Shown here piece by piece: positions 35,638 to 43,864 of a stretch of DNA of 64,000 bases. The stretch is from the NCBI GenBank assembly GCA_040768745.1, contig JAXGMI010000001.1, positions 756,805 through 820,804 of the forward strand. The letters are read 5' to 3'. The notes under the pieces were generated by a model that had not been told where the DNA came from, did not search any database, and saw nothing but the letters and a program-made list of their open reading frames with translations. The position numbers were made by a program, and so were the translations under genes. The first letter of the stretch is position 1. Every line of letters starts with the position of its first letter. The DNA is from Desulfomicrobium sp. GTDB taxonomy: Bacteria > Desulfobacterota > Desulfovibrionia > Desulfovibrionales > Desulfomicrobiaceae.

Positions 35638-37565
35638 TCCGAGCGATACGGCCGAATGCAATGGCCCAGGATGACGCGAGCATGATCTCAGGGTGGAATG
35701 TTTCGCCAAATGTGGCCTATACGCTCGTCCTGTTCCCCGGCGCGGCATCCTGTGGTGTCCTGCTGTACGATGATGACGGCTCGGCGCTCATCGCATCGGG
35801 CGCTGCACTGACCGGAACAGATAAGCCGGCTATACTGACCCCGCAGACTGGTCAGACGATCGGTATGGTTGACGAGGACCTCGGATGGCATCTGCTCCTC
35901 ACGACTACAGGCGCCGCGGCACAACGCACGATCCGGATCGGCCCTGCAGTTGATCTGCCGGATGAGATCCACCCTGTCTATGGTGATGATGACCTGGCTC
36001 TGGCTCGCGCAACTGCTGCGATTGACGCGGCAGCGCACTACATCGGTGACATGACCGTGAGCTGTCCTCTCGGTCTCGGGGCTGGTCTCGGTGATGTCGT
36101 GAGTGTGCCAGTGGATGGCGTGGCGATTGTTGGTCAGGTTGAGTCGATCACTTGGACAGCGGCCCCGGATGGGGCAACGGAGCAGGCGGTGATCCGGCGG
36201 CATGTGGCTATCGCTCCGGAGTCGTTTGTGGAGGTCATCCCGCCGACGGTCGCGGATGACACAGGCACTTCCACGCATCTGGTCGGGACAAGCGGCAACG
36301 TGCTGGCCAATGACGAGGCTGGTTTGACCGTGGTGGCAGTGAATGGGCTGTCTGCCAATGTCGGTGAGGCCGTGGCTGGGGACAATGGCGGACTGTTTAC
36401 GATTGCGGCAAATGGGGTGTGGTCATTCGACCCTGACGGTGACTTTGCGCTTTTGGAGGGCGCCGAGACTGCCGACACATCCGTCACATATCACGCCAGC
36501 GACGGAACGTCCGAAGCCAGGGCGACGGTGACAGTGACTGTATCCGCCGCAAATACCGCTCCGGTCGCGGTGGATGATGCTGGCGCAACACACGCTGAAG
36601 CGACGACAAGCGGCAACGTGTTGACCAATGACACTGACGCGGATGATGACGATCTGGTCGTCTCCAAAGTGGCAGGATCGGCGGGCAATGTCGGTGATCC
36701 TGTTGCCGGGAGCAATGGCGGCTTGTTTACGATTGGGAGCGATGGCGCTTGGTCGTTTGATCCTGATGGCGACTTTTCAGATCTGACCGGCGAGCAGACT
36801 GCGACGACGAGCGTGACGTATCACGTCAGTGACGGGGAGGATGAGGACGAAGGAACGCTGACCGTAACAGTGAGCGCCGCGCCACTAGGCGACCCTCTGT
36901 GGGAGGATGTCGCGCTGCTTATCCAAGCACCGGAATCTGGATCAACTATCGTGGACGCGACAGGCAAGTCAGTTACTGCACAGGGCAACACCGCAGTCTC
37001 GACAGCTCTTGGATACCCGACGATCTATTTTGACGGCAATGGCGACCGGTTGGATGTAAGCTCGGCTGGAGGCTTCAATTTTCTGCATAATGGATCGAAC
37101 TGGACGATTGAGTTTATTATTAATCCATCAGCAGTGACGGCAGATGAAGTCATTTTTGACACAGCGCGGGGGACAAGCGTCAATGCGGGGATTTATCTCG
37201 GGTTCACATCTGGTGGAATATCCCTCCAAGTTTTTCGAGCTTCAAATAACTCCCCGGTCATCAACGCATCATTCAATTATACATTTTTGACAGGCACTGC
37301 GTACACAGTCACCCTTGAATGGGACTTCTCGTTAACAACCGGAACTGTGAAGATGTATGTCAACGGAGTCTTTGTGACGCAGGCCGACAAAATATCTGGA
37401 AGAACACCATCAGCAGCAAATCACCAAACGGCTATGGTCGGCATGTTTTCTGCGTCATATCCTGCCTATTCTCTTTACGGACACCTCCGCCTGTTGCGAA
37501 TAACCGAGGGTATCCGGTACGGTGCTGCTCATGATCCTGTAACCTGGCCTGCGCCCACATCATAG
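35634..37565 (+). CDS. Putative receptor-binding/adhesion protein: two cadherin/VCBS-like Ig repeats plus LamG/ConA-like domain
   Basis: Two ~106-aa repeats (P.A.DD..SGNVL.ND..GGLFTI..G.WSFDPDGDF..VTYH.SDG); C-terminal IYFDGNGD.L..WTIEF..LRITEG.RY. Confidence 0.75.
   Translation: MIRAIRPNAMAQDDASMISGWNVSPNVAYTLVLFPGAASCGVLLYDDDGSALIASGAALTGTDKPAILTPQTGQTIGMVDEDLGWHLLLTTTGAAAQRTIRIGPAVDLPDEIHPVYGDDDLALARATAAIDAAAHYIGDMTVSCPLGLGAGLGDVVSVPVDGVAIVGQVESITWTAAPDGATEQAVIRRHVAIAPESFVEVIPPTVADDTGTSTHLVGTSGNVLANDEAGLTVVAVNGLSANVGEAVAGDNGGLFTIAANGVWSFDPDGDFALLEGAETADTSVTYHASDGTSEARATVTVTVSAANTAPVAVDDAGATHAEATTSGNVLTNDTDADDDDLVVSKVAGSAGNVGDPVAGSNGGLFTIGSDGAWSFDPDGDFSDLTGEQTATTSVTYHVSDGEDEDEGTLTVTVSAAPLGDPLWEDVALLIQAPESGSTIVDATGKSVTAQGNTAVSTALGYPTIYFDGNGDRLDVSSAGGFNFLHNGSNWTIEFIINPSAVTADEVIFDTARGTSVNAGIYLGFTSGGISLQVFRASNNSPVINASFNYTFLTGTAYTVTLEWDFSLTTGTVKMYVNGVFVTQADKISGRTPSAANHQTAMVGMFSASYPAYSLYGHLRLLRITEGIRYGAAHDPVTWPAPTS
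36235..36880 (+). repeat. Tandem ~318-bp domain duplication
   Basis: ACAAGCGGCAACGTG at 36288 and 36606; AATGGCGG..TGTTTACGATTG in both units. Confidence 0.75.
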
Positions 37566-37574
37566 GAGTAACCA

Positions 37575-37829
37575 GTGCCTATAACTCCCTCGTCCATCCT
37601 CCCTCGCCGCCAAGTCCCCGAGATCGCAACCGGCCCTGTCGTTGCGGTTGGTATCGGCTCGGTCTCGGTGCGGATTAGGCCAGACCTGACTGTACTTGTC
37701 CCGACACAGGCGCCCTACGCCGTGGGGCAAATGGTTAGTGTGGCGATACCGTCAGGCAATCTCTCGGCTGCGCAGATTATTGGCAGCGCGGCTGGGAATG
37801 CGCCAAGGATCAGGCAGGTTGTTGTTTAG
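37575..37829 (+). CDS. Small tail-tip accessory protein (putative)
   Basis: 84 aa, beta-rich, last rightward phage gene; GGAG RBS, GTG start. Confidence 0.5.
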   Translation: MPITPSSILPRRQVPEIATGPVVAVGIGSVSVRIRPDLTVLVPTQAPYAVGQMVSVAIPSGNLSAAQIIGSAAGNAPRIRQVVV

Positions 37830-38329
37830 CGTTTCCGCTCGAAGGTGAGCTCCCAATTGCCCGTGGCTAGCACGTCGAAAAAGATCTCGTCATCGGCCTT
37901 GAGTACAACAGTCCGCTCTCCGCGCTGTGCCCCGATGTTGTTGAGCACGAGGTCCTTTTGGCCCTTCCTGGTGTGCATCCAGACTATGAAGTTCCCGCGG
38001 CCCTTGTAGGCATATCCGAGTGTATAGACCCCAGCTCTGTACCCGAACGGCTTCGTGTACTCGGAGTTCCGGCCCGAGTATGCCCCGCGGCTTTGGCGCC
38101 ATTCCACGCCGCTCATGTCGACGTTGTCTCCCGGATCGATTCTATTCACAGGGACTGTTGGTCGCGCCGGAACATGGGGGACATAAGTCTCTGCAGGAGA
38201 CGAGGAGCTTTTTCCCGGTTGAGGTGGCTCCGTGCTGTTCATGTATTGGCCGTTTGGCCCGAACATTTTAAACCCTGCATGTGCTGGCTGCGCGAACATG
38301 ATCAGGAAGACCAAGATGAAACGGGTCAT
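37826..38329 (-). CDS. Secreted/periplasmic moron protein
   Basis: Sec signal MTRFILVFLIMFAQPAHA, Pro-rich linker, beta-sandwich-like C-terminus. Confidence 0.7.
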   Translation of the reverse strand: MTRFILVFLIMFAQPAHAGFKMFGPNGQYMNSTEPPQPGKSSSSPAETYVPHVPARPTVPVNRIDPGDNVDMSGVEWRQSRGAYSGRNSEYTKPFGYRAGVYTLGYAYKGRGNFIVWMHTRKGQKDLVLNNIGAQRGERTVVLKADDEIFFDVLATGNWELTFERKR

Positions 38330-38490
38330 GATTTCCCCCAGTCCATCCCGCAGACGCTACAGACATTCGATTGCCCGTGATTTAGGGCCATGCAACATGG
38401 GCACGCTACCGGTTGGCTGTGGGGCTTCCAGATACATACACCCACAAAGATGACGGCCAGCAACACGGTCATGCCCGCTATCATGTACAT
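38326..38490 (-). CDS. 54-aa membrane-anchored zinc-ribbon protein (absent from ORF track)
   Basis: AAGGAG RBS; MYMIAGMTVLLAVIFVGVCIWKPHSQPVACPCCMALNHGQSNVCSVCGMDWGKS; stop overlaps next ATG. Confidence 0.65.
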   Translation of the reverse strand: MYMIAGMTVLLAVIFVGVCIWKPHSQPVACPCCMALNHGQSNVCSVCGMDWGKS

Positions 38491-38682
38491 CAGCCCCAAC
38501 TCCTTTTTGTCGCGCCGATAACACGATTTTTCGGATTTGTCAGCAACAAAAGATGTCAGACATCAGGGCATTCGAAAGATGGGTAATCGAGGGGTGTTAG
38601 ACAGGTCCAGGTTTGATCGATTTTTACGGGAGATGTTGCGGCCGATTTGGCACACGAACGAGTTGGGGGTTGCGGCTGAGGT

Positions 38683-38731
38683 CTGCGCCAAATAGCGCGC
38701 AAATCTGCGCCAAACGCCGCGCGCGCTTACA
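38683..38731 (-). repeat. Prophage right end with tandem putative transposase-binding sites
   Basis: Read inward: TGT-N14-TTTGGCGCAG then GCGCGCTATTTGGCGCAG. Confidence 0.75.
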
Positions 38732-38734
38732 GGG

Positions 38735-39601
38735 TCAGGATACTTCGGCCAGGGCCCGCTCCAGGGCCCGGGGCAGAAAGGGCAACAGGTCGGCCACTCC
38801 CCAGGCCGGGGTGGGGCTGGCCAAAGAACCCACATGGCGGTTGGCCAATGCCGCCACGCGACAGGCGGTGGGCACACTGAGGCCCGAGGCCAACAGGGCT
38901 GTCACCAGTCCGGTCAGGGTGTCTCCCGTCCCGCCGATGGGCTCCAAAGCAGGAATATCCGGGTCGCTGATGGCGGCGATGATGGCTCCCTCGGCGACCA
39001 CGTAGTCAGTGCGCCCCTTGATTAGGAGGTGCCGGGCCGCGTTCTCGGCGGCGTAAGCCAGGGGAATGAGTTCCGGAATACGCTCCTCCTCCTGCAGGAG
39101 GAAGCCCCGCGTGTAGAAGGGATGGGGAGCGACCTCGTCGGCCAGAAAAGCCATTTCTCCCGCGTCCGGTGTGAACAGATCATAGTGTGCGGCAAAGCCG
39201 CTCATCTTGGCTGCGTACATGAATCCTGCGTCGGCCACGAGCAGGGGACGACTCGGCAGGGCTTCCAGAATCCAAAGAATTTTATTGTGCCAAACCACGT
39301 CGGGCATGAGATAATGAAACGTTACCCCGTCGTAGGCAGAGCCTTCCAGCCCGGCTGTCATCCGGGCGTACGCTTCCCGGCTGCCCGCACCCGAACCTGT
39401 GTCCCCGGCGAGCAATGCTTCTGGCTTTTCCGCGCCAAGCACCCCGGTTGCCACTGCGGCCGTGGCCATGAGGGCGGACGTGCCCCGGGCCACGTTCACA
39501 ACCCGCCCCTCCATCTCCAGCACATTCCCGCGCAGGGCGTAACTTCCCCACGTCAGACCGTAATCAGCCCTAGGCACAGTGCCCACGATCAGCCACGACA
39601 T
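38735..39601 (-). CDS. Ribokinase-fold / NAD(P)H-hydrate dehydratase-like protein
   Basis: LVADAGFMY, FTPDAGEMAFLAD, KGRTD, IGGTGDTLTG. Confidence 0.75.
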   Translation of the reverse strand: MSWLIVGTVPRADYGLTWGSYALRGNVLEMEGRVVNVARGTSALMATAAVATGVLGAEKPEALLAGDTGSGAGSREAYARMTAGLEGSAYDGVTFHYLMPDVVWHNKILWILEALPSRPLLVADAGFMYAAKMSGFAAHYDLFTPDAGEMAFLADEVAPHPFYTRGFLLQEEERIPELIPLAYAAENAARHLLIKGRTDYVVAEGAIIAAISDPDIPALEPIGGTGDTLTGLVTALLASGLSVPTACRVAALANRHVGSLASPTPAWGVADLLPFLPRALERALAEVS

Positions 39602-40161
39602 TGGCGATGCGCCTCCTCGAACGCCAACTGCAGGGCATAGCCACACAATGTCTGCCCCAGGGAACGCGGCTCCGGGGCTTCGTCCAGCGTTTTGCCCACC
39701 AGCGCATCGGCCAGAAAAGGCACGTCCGGGCAGCCCCCCCCCGAGACATTGACGATACGACGATCACGCCGGTCCACGGTGATCTTCATGTTGGCGGCGC
39801 GGACCATGACATAATCCCCCAGTTCCTTGACATGGTACAGTGAAACCGGCTCCAGGAGATGATCCTGCGCCACGGCCACGCGCAAAGGCAGAAGATTGCG
39901 CTCGGCCAGCACCTCCCGCACACGCATCTCCTCCAACAGGGGAAACTCGATGACCATGTCGCAGCCCTGGCGCAGATCCGGAGGCGGTCCCTTGATGGTC
40001 ACCCGCACCCCGGCCTGACGCAACGCAGCCTCGGCCCGGATGACCTCGCCCGTACTCGGGTAAACGAGCATGCCTTTGTCCGAAAGACTCCGATCAACGC
40101 GTTCCCGACCTGAGAACACGCCACGCAGCCAGCCCGCTATTTTGCCAGATCCAGCCGGCAT
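39589..40161 (-). CDS. DUF3343-like protein
   Basis: TGEVIRAE..L..PPPDLRQGCDM; C-terminal SGGGCPDVP..LCGYAL. Confidence 0.65.
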   Translation of the reverse strand: MPAGSGKIAGWLRGVFSGRERVDRSLSDKGMLVYPSTGEVIRAEAALRQAGVRVTIKGPPPDLRQGCDMVIEFPLLEEMRVREVLAERNLLPLRVAVAQDHLLEPVSLYHVKELGDYVMVRAANMKITVDRRDRRIVNVSGGGCPDVPFLADALVGKTLDEAPEPRSLGQTLCGYALQLAFEEAHRQCRG

Positions 40162-40352
40162 TCTCCACCCGCCATCTCCGTCACGGCTACGCTCCACCCC
40201 TGGCTTTGCGCTGCTCGGGCGACATTCTCACGGCTGGCTTCGTTGTCTACCAGCACCTCGATAGCCCCGGATCCTGTCCCACGCATGGCCTGCATGGCTA
40301 AGAGTACGGGCTGGGGACAGGACAGTCCCCGTGTATCAACTGTCTGTTTCAT
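40137..40352 (-). CDS. yedF: TusA/SirA-family sulfur carrier
   Basis: VDTRGLSCPQPV..VLVDN..SRENV. Confidence 0.85.
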   Translation of the reverse strand: MKQTVDTRGLSCPQPVLLAMQAMRGTGSGAIEVLVDNEASRENVARAAQSQGWSVAVTEMAGGECRLDLAK

Positions 40353-40363
40353 CGTGTCCTCCC

Positions 40364-41452
40364 CTATTTTCGATTCGTAACGCCAATGAAAACCAGCACG
40401 GCCATCCCCACGATTACCGCTGCCATGCCATGCGGCCCGATGCCTTGAGGCGAGCTAGCCAAGCCAAAATTATGAGCCAGGCCGGCGCCGGCAAGCATTC
40501 CCAGAACAAACACTCCCGCATCGCTGTTGCCTTCGCCACTCATGAACAGCTGTCGTCCCGGACACCCCCCGGCCAGGGCAAAAGCCAAACCGGCCATGAG
40601 CATGCCCGCAAAGTTCCAGAACCACATGGTGTGGGCCACGGGCTGCCCATCAAAGCCAGGCTTGAACTGGCCCAGGGCTATGTTGGTCGCAAAGGCCGCC
40701 ACAAGCAAGGCCACAAAGCCGTAGAGCAGGTAAAACTGCCTGAAGAGCAGGGCGTCGCGGATGGCGCCCATGGTGCAAAAGCGGCTGCGCTGGGCCAAAA
40801 ATCCGATGCCCAGACCCGCCCCGAGGGAAATGAACAGCGGCGCATAGGCTGCGCCCGGCCCCTTGATAGAATACCACAGCACTCCACTCTGGGCCTCGCC
40901 GGGCACAGGCGGAAAGAGCAGACGCAGGGCCAGCAGCCCCAACATCATCAGGGGCAGCATCAGCCCCGTGCTCGTGGATTGGACTTGGCTGCGGCCCAAG
41001 GAGAATCCGCCCTTGAAGAACAGGGTCCCGATCCCAACCCCGGAAACCAAGCCCAGCAGGCCGAAAATCGCGTTGCCGTCCCCACCGGCCAGGCGCAGAA
41101 TGACGCGCCACGGGCAGCCAAGGAAGACCAGGGCGCCGATCATGGCGATCATACCCAAAAAGAAGCGGATCACGGGTGCAGAGCCGCCGCTCGGCTTGAA
41201 TTCCTTGAAGATCAGGGCCGCCGCGAAGGAACCGAGAACAAAGCCGATGATCTCCGGCCGCAGGTACTGGACCACCTCGGCCCGGTGCAGCCCAATGGCG
41301 CCTGCGATATCCCGTCCGAAGCAGGCCACGCAGATAGCCATATTCGCCGGATTGCCCAATTTCTGCAGAAACCCGGCCACAACCCCGATCACCGTTCCCA
41401 CGACGATGATTCCCACCGTGGTGGCAAAAACGTTTTTAACTCCCGCTGACAT
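40364..41452 (-). CDS. yedE: YedE/YeeE-family putative selenium/sulfur transporter
   Basis: GNPANMAICVACFGRD, LGCPWR, QRSRFCTMG, AGGCPGRQ; ~9-10 TM. Confidence 0.9.
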   Translation of the reverse strand: MSAGVKNVFATTVGIIVVGTVIGVVAGFLQKLGNPANMAICVACFGRDIAGAIGLHRAEVVQYLRPEIIGFVLGSFAAALIFKEFKPSGGSAPVIRFFLGMIAMIGALVFLGCPWRVILRLAGGDGNAIFGLLGLVSGVGIGTLFFKGGFSLGRSQVQSTSTGLMLPLMMLGLLALRLLFPPVPGEAQSGVLWYSIKGPGAAYAPLFISLGAGLGIGFLAQRSRFCTMGAIRDALLFRQFYLLYGFVALLVAAFATNIALGQFKPGFDGQPVAHTMWFWNFAGMLMAGLAFALAGGCPGRQLFMSGEGNSDAGVFVLGMLAGAGLAHNFGLASSPQGIGPHGMAAVIVGMAVLVFIGVTNRK

Positions 41453-41694
41453 CACTCTCCTCCTTTGCTGTTCGCTCCATGTTCCCGATCCTGCTCACGG
41501 ACGCTCAACGGGCAGAGCAGCTCATCCGGCCCGAAGACATGCTCCCCGTTGCACAACGGACAACTCACCCGCACCGATCCCTCCAGATATCTGCTCCCTC
41601 CCTGGCCTTCGCGTACCGCGAGCATTTCGTTGACCTCCCACAGCGCGGAGTAAAAAAAGCGGCCCTTAATGGGACAGACAAAACACAGCTCCAC
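41452..41694 (-). CDS. 80-aa Cys-rich hypothetical protein
   Basis: GGAGG RBS, GTG start; CFVC..CPLC..H..C; stop overlaps yedE ATG. Confidence 0.55.
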   Translation of the reverse strand: MELCFVCPIKGRFFYSALWEVNEMLAVREGQGGSRYLEGSVRVSCPLCNGEHVFGPDELLCPLSVREQDREHGANSKGGE

Positions 41695-41850
41695 GCGCCT
41701 CCCTCCAACGGTTACACACTGTGGCACATTCGTGTACGCCAAAAATTTGTTGTCCGTCCAATAGATTGCATCAATATCGAGGCAACCAACCGATCTGTTT
41801 TTTTCGGTCTTGTCTACGCCCTGGCCTTGCTCACTGACCCTTTCAGGCCG

Positions 41851-41935
41851 TGGCAAGTAGTGGAATAGTGAGAAGCGCTGGGTCAGTACGTCGTGAGGGT
41901 TTCCCCATGGGAGTCCGGGCCCCCTCTGCGCATCA
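41851..41935 (+). pseudogene. Degenerate tRNA-Leu copy
   Basis: Collinear with 8129-8215 (AAGTAGTGGAAT; GTGAGGGTTTCCCCATGGGAGTCCG 22/25); anticodon arm and CCA damaged. Confidence 0.7.
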
Positions 41936-41944
41936 ACAAAATTG

Positions 41945-41977
41945 AAGGGGTTGCAGCGAACTGCAACCCCTTTTTTT
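41945..41977 (+). terminator. Copy of the tRNA-Leu terminator
   Basis: AAGGGGTTGCAG-CGAA-CTGCAACCCCTT + T tract; same stem as 8224-8253 with reverse-complemented loop. Confidence 0.8.
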
Positions 41978-42064
41978 CGATGGAGCGCACGGGCATTCTC
42001 CGTCCCTGCAGACCTCGGATTGGGCCTTCCAGGGGCTTTTGGCGTGAAACTGTTGCGGTCGCCC

Positions 42065-42466
42065 TCACAAGTCCTTGAGGACGATATCCATGCGCATGTC
42101 CACCCATTTGCCATGCACTTCCTCGTCGCAGTCGGCCAGGGTGGCAGTGATGATCTTGCCCGCGTCCATGAGCCGGGCCAGGATGGGATTGGATTTGCGC
42201 GGCACGTAGCCGAGCTTTTCGCCGTCCGGCGTGAAGACCTCGATGGCCAGTTCGTCATGGGGATTGTCCGGCTGACGTTTCAGGATCAGGGTCCTGGCCT
42301 GGCGGATGCGCTCCAGGGCTTGTGGCGCGTCGTAGTAGGCCGTGCCCGCGACATGGGTGTTGATCAGAAAAATATCCCGGCCAAAGGGCAGGGTCAGCTC
42401 TCCGCCGTCCACGGACACGCGCATGAGCAGGCCGGTCAGGCCATCCTTGATGACAATATCGGACAT
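42065..42466 (-). CDS. Stand-alone HIRAN domain protein
   Basis: THVAGTAYY, LKRQPDNPHDELAIEV, KLGYVPR..N..LARLMDAG. Confidence 0.85.
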   Translation of the reverse strand: MSDIVIKDGLTGLLMRVSVDGGELTLPFGRDIFLINTHVAGTAYYDAPQALERIRQARTLILKRQPDNPHDELAIEVFTPDGEKLGYVPRKSNPILARLMDAGKIITATLADCDEEVHGKWVDMRMDIVLKDL

Positions 42467-43293
42467 CAGTGCACCTGTACCGCACCCTGGGCCATGAGCT
42501 GGCCGCAGAGGGCGCGCAGCTCGTCGCACCGGGCCTGCATGGCGGCGCAGGCCGAGCGCAGTTCTTCCTGTTTGGCCGCGATCCAGGCCGGGTCGCGCAG
42601 CTCCCGCTCCAGGCACAGGGGCGGGTTTTTGCGCCTCTCGGCGATGCGGCGGGCATGTTCCAGGGCCAAGTGTTCCAGGCGGTCCCGTTCCTCTGCCAGG
42701 GCGTCCAGGCTTGAGCGCTCGTCCACCCTTTCGGAACGTCCGTCCCGCGCCGCATCCCACAGGGCTTCCAGCGCATTGAGGTCGCCGGCCGCGTAGGCCG
42801 CCTGGGCATGGTCCCAATAGGTTTCGAGCAGGACCGGATCGCCATGCATGTCCGGATGGAGCAGAAAACACAGGGCGCGGTAAAGCTTTTTGATCTGCAA
42901 CTCCTGATCCGGACTCAGGTATTTGACCTCCTTAAGAAAATCCTGGGCCGCGTCCACCTGCCGGGCCTTGTCCGCCATTTCCCGTTGCCACACGGCCTGC
43001 AGTTCGCGCACCTCGGCGTCGATGCGCTCCAGGTCGCCCGCCTCGACGCGCCCGCCCCGGTTGATGATCCGCATCAGGCTTTCGACCCGGAATTTCAGCC
43101 CACCCGCCTCGACGCGCACGGCCAGCAGGGCGTATTCGTGCGCGCCGATCTCCTTTTCATAGATGGCCGTGAGGATGGGAATGGCGTGGGCGCGAAGGTG
43201 GGCCTGCTCCTCCAGCAGGTCGCCGATGCGCTGCCTGAGGTCGTCGATCTGGGCCAGCAGACGGGCGGCTTGGGGGTGGAGTTCAAGGTGCAT
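42466..43293 (-). CDS. Coiled-coil protein with central J-domain-like HPD motif
   Basis: IKKLYRALCFLLHPD..AQAAY..GDL..L flanked by coiled coils; coupled to HIRAN gene. Confidence 0.75.
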   Translation of the reverse strand: MHLELHPQAARLLAQIDDLRQRIGDLLEEQAHLRAHAIPILTAIYEKEIGAHEYALLAVRVEAGGLKFRVESLMRIINRGGRVEAGDLERIDAEVRELQAVWQREMADKARQVDAAQDFLKEVKYLSPDQELQIKKLYRALCFLLHPDMHGDPVLLETYWDHAQAAYAAGDLNALEALWDAARDGRSERVDERSSLDALAEERDRLEHLALEHARRIAERRKNPPLCLERELRDPAWIAAKQEELRSACAAMQARCDELRALCGQLMAQGAVQVH

Positions 43294-43304
43294 GGCGGTT
43301 TGGG

Positions 43305-43412
43305 CTAGGCTCCGTGCTCGGGACTTTTTGTTGAGTCCAGGTACAGGGTGTCGGCCAGGATGTACGGCCCGGCGGACAGCCAGCAGATTTTCGGTTTTCC
43401 AGCGCGGATCAT
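43305..43412 (-). CDS. 35-aa ORF with strong RBS (possible remnant)
   Basis: AGGAGGT RBS; MIRAGKPKICWLSAGPYILADTLYLDSTKSPEHGA. Confidence 0.35.
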   Translation of the reverse strand: MIRAGKPKICWLSAGPYILADTLYLDSTKSPEHGA

Positions 43413-43422
43413 AGGATACCTC

Positions 43423-43611
43423 CTACTTCAGACCGCCCAAGAGCGTGGTCACCACGGCCCAGCCCACGAACTCGGCCACCATGATCACAGGCAGGAGCAT
43501 AATCGCGCCGACGAGCCAGCCAAAGCGGTCCGGCACCATGGGCGCAATCATGACGCCAAGGCCGATGGCCGCGCCAATATCTGACTGGTCGTATCTTTTG
43601 CGGTGGCGCAT
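43423..43611 (-). CDS. 62-aa membrane protein
   Basis: GGAGG RBS, two hydrophobic segments. Confidence 0.55.
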   Translation of the reverse strand: MRHRKRYDQSDIGAAIGLGVMIAPMVPDRFGWLVGAIMLLPVIMVAEFVGWAVVTTLLGGLK

Positions 43612-43681
43612 GGCGACAACCCTCCGTCAGTTCCGGACATACATTCCAACAGGGAGGCCGCCAAGGGTTGGGTGAGGGCTG

Positions 43682-43858
43682 GATTGCCACGGCCGAAGCG
43701 GCCCACGCAGAGCCTGGCTTCTCGCAATGACGAAATCATAAACAGCAATGTCAAAGAAATGCGCTCCTCAGCAGCCACATAATCGCGACGCGGAAAATGC
43801 AGTGCGTCACGGCGCGGCGTTATGCATCGCGTGGGGACGATAAATTTTTCGCCCCCAC
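43682..43858. repeat. REP-like imperfect palindromes
   Basis: GATTGCCACG..CTCGCAATGAC and GTGGGGACGATAAATTTTTCGCCCCCAC. Confidence 0.4.
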
Positions 43859-43864
43859 AATTTT

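Larger units (their letters stand above)
8312..38731 (+). mobile_element. Defective Mu-like (transposable) prophage with non-contractile tail, 30,420 bp
   Basis: Starts TGT (8312), ends ACA (38731), flanked by direct GGGTC (8307-8311, 38732-38736); Mu gene order c-ner-A'-gemA'-mor-lysis-gp25-30-I-T-gp35-37-tail; no sheath/baseplate genes seen. Confidence 0.93.

Noticed and set aside
31879-37829. Diversity-generating retroelement or Gin-type invertible tail-fibre segment
   Set aside because: No reverse transcriptase, no TR/VR pair, no invertase and no flanking inverted repeats seen
8312-38731. Functional gene-transfer agent or tailocin
   Set aside because: Terminase deletion and TMP amber stop point to decay; no sheath or baseplate; kept only as a testable alternative
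38735-41694. Selenocysteine (UGA) recoding in the yedE cassette
   Set aside because: All motif positions are Cys codons; no in-frame TGA with continued frame seen
41851-41935. tRNA-Sec or functional tRNA beside the yedE operon
   Set aside because: No UCA anticodon, broken anticodon and acceptor stems, no CCA; similarity is to tRNA-Leu
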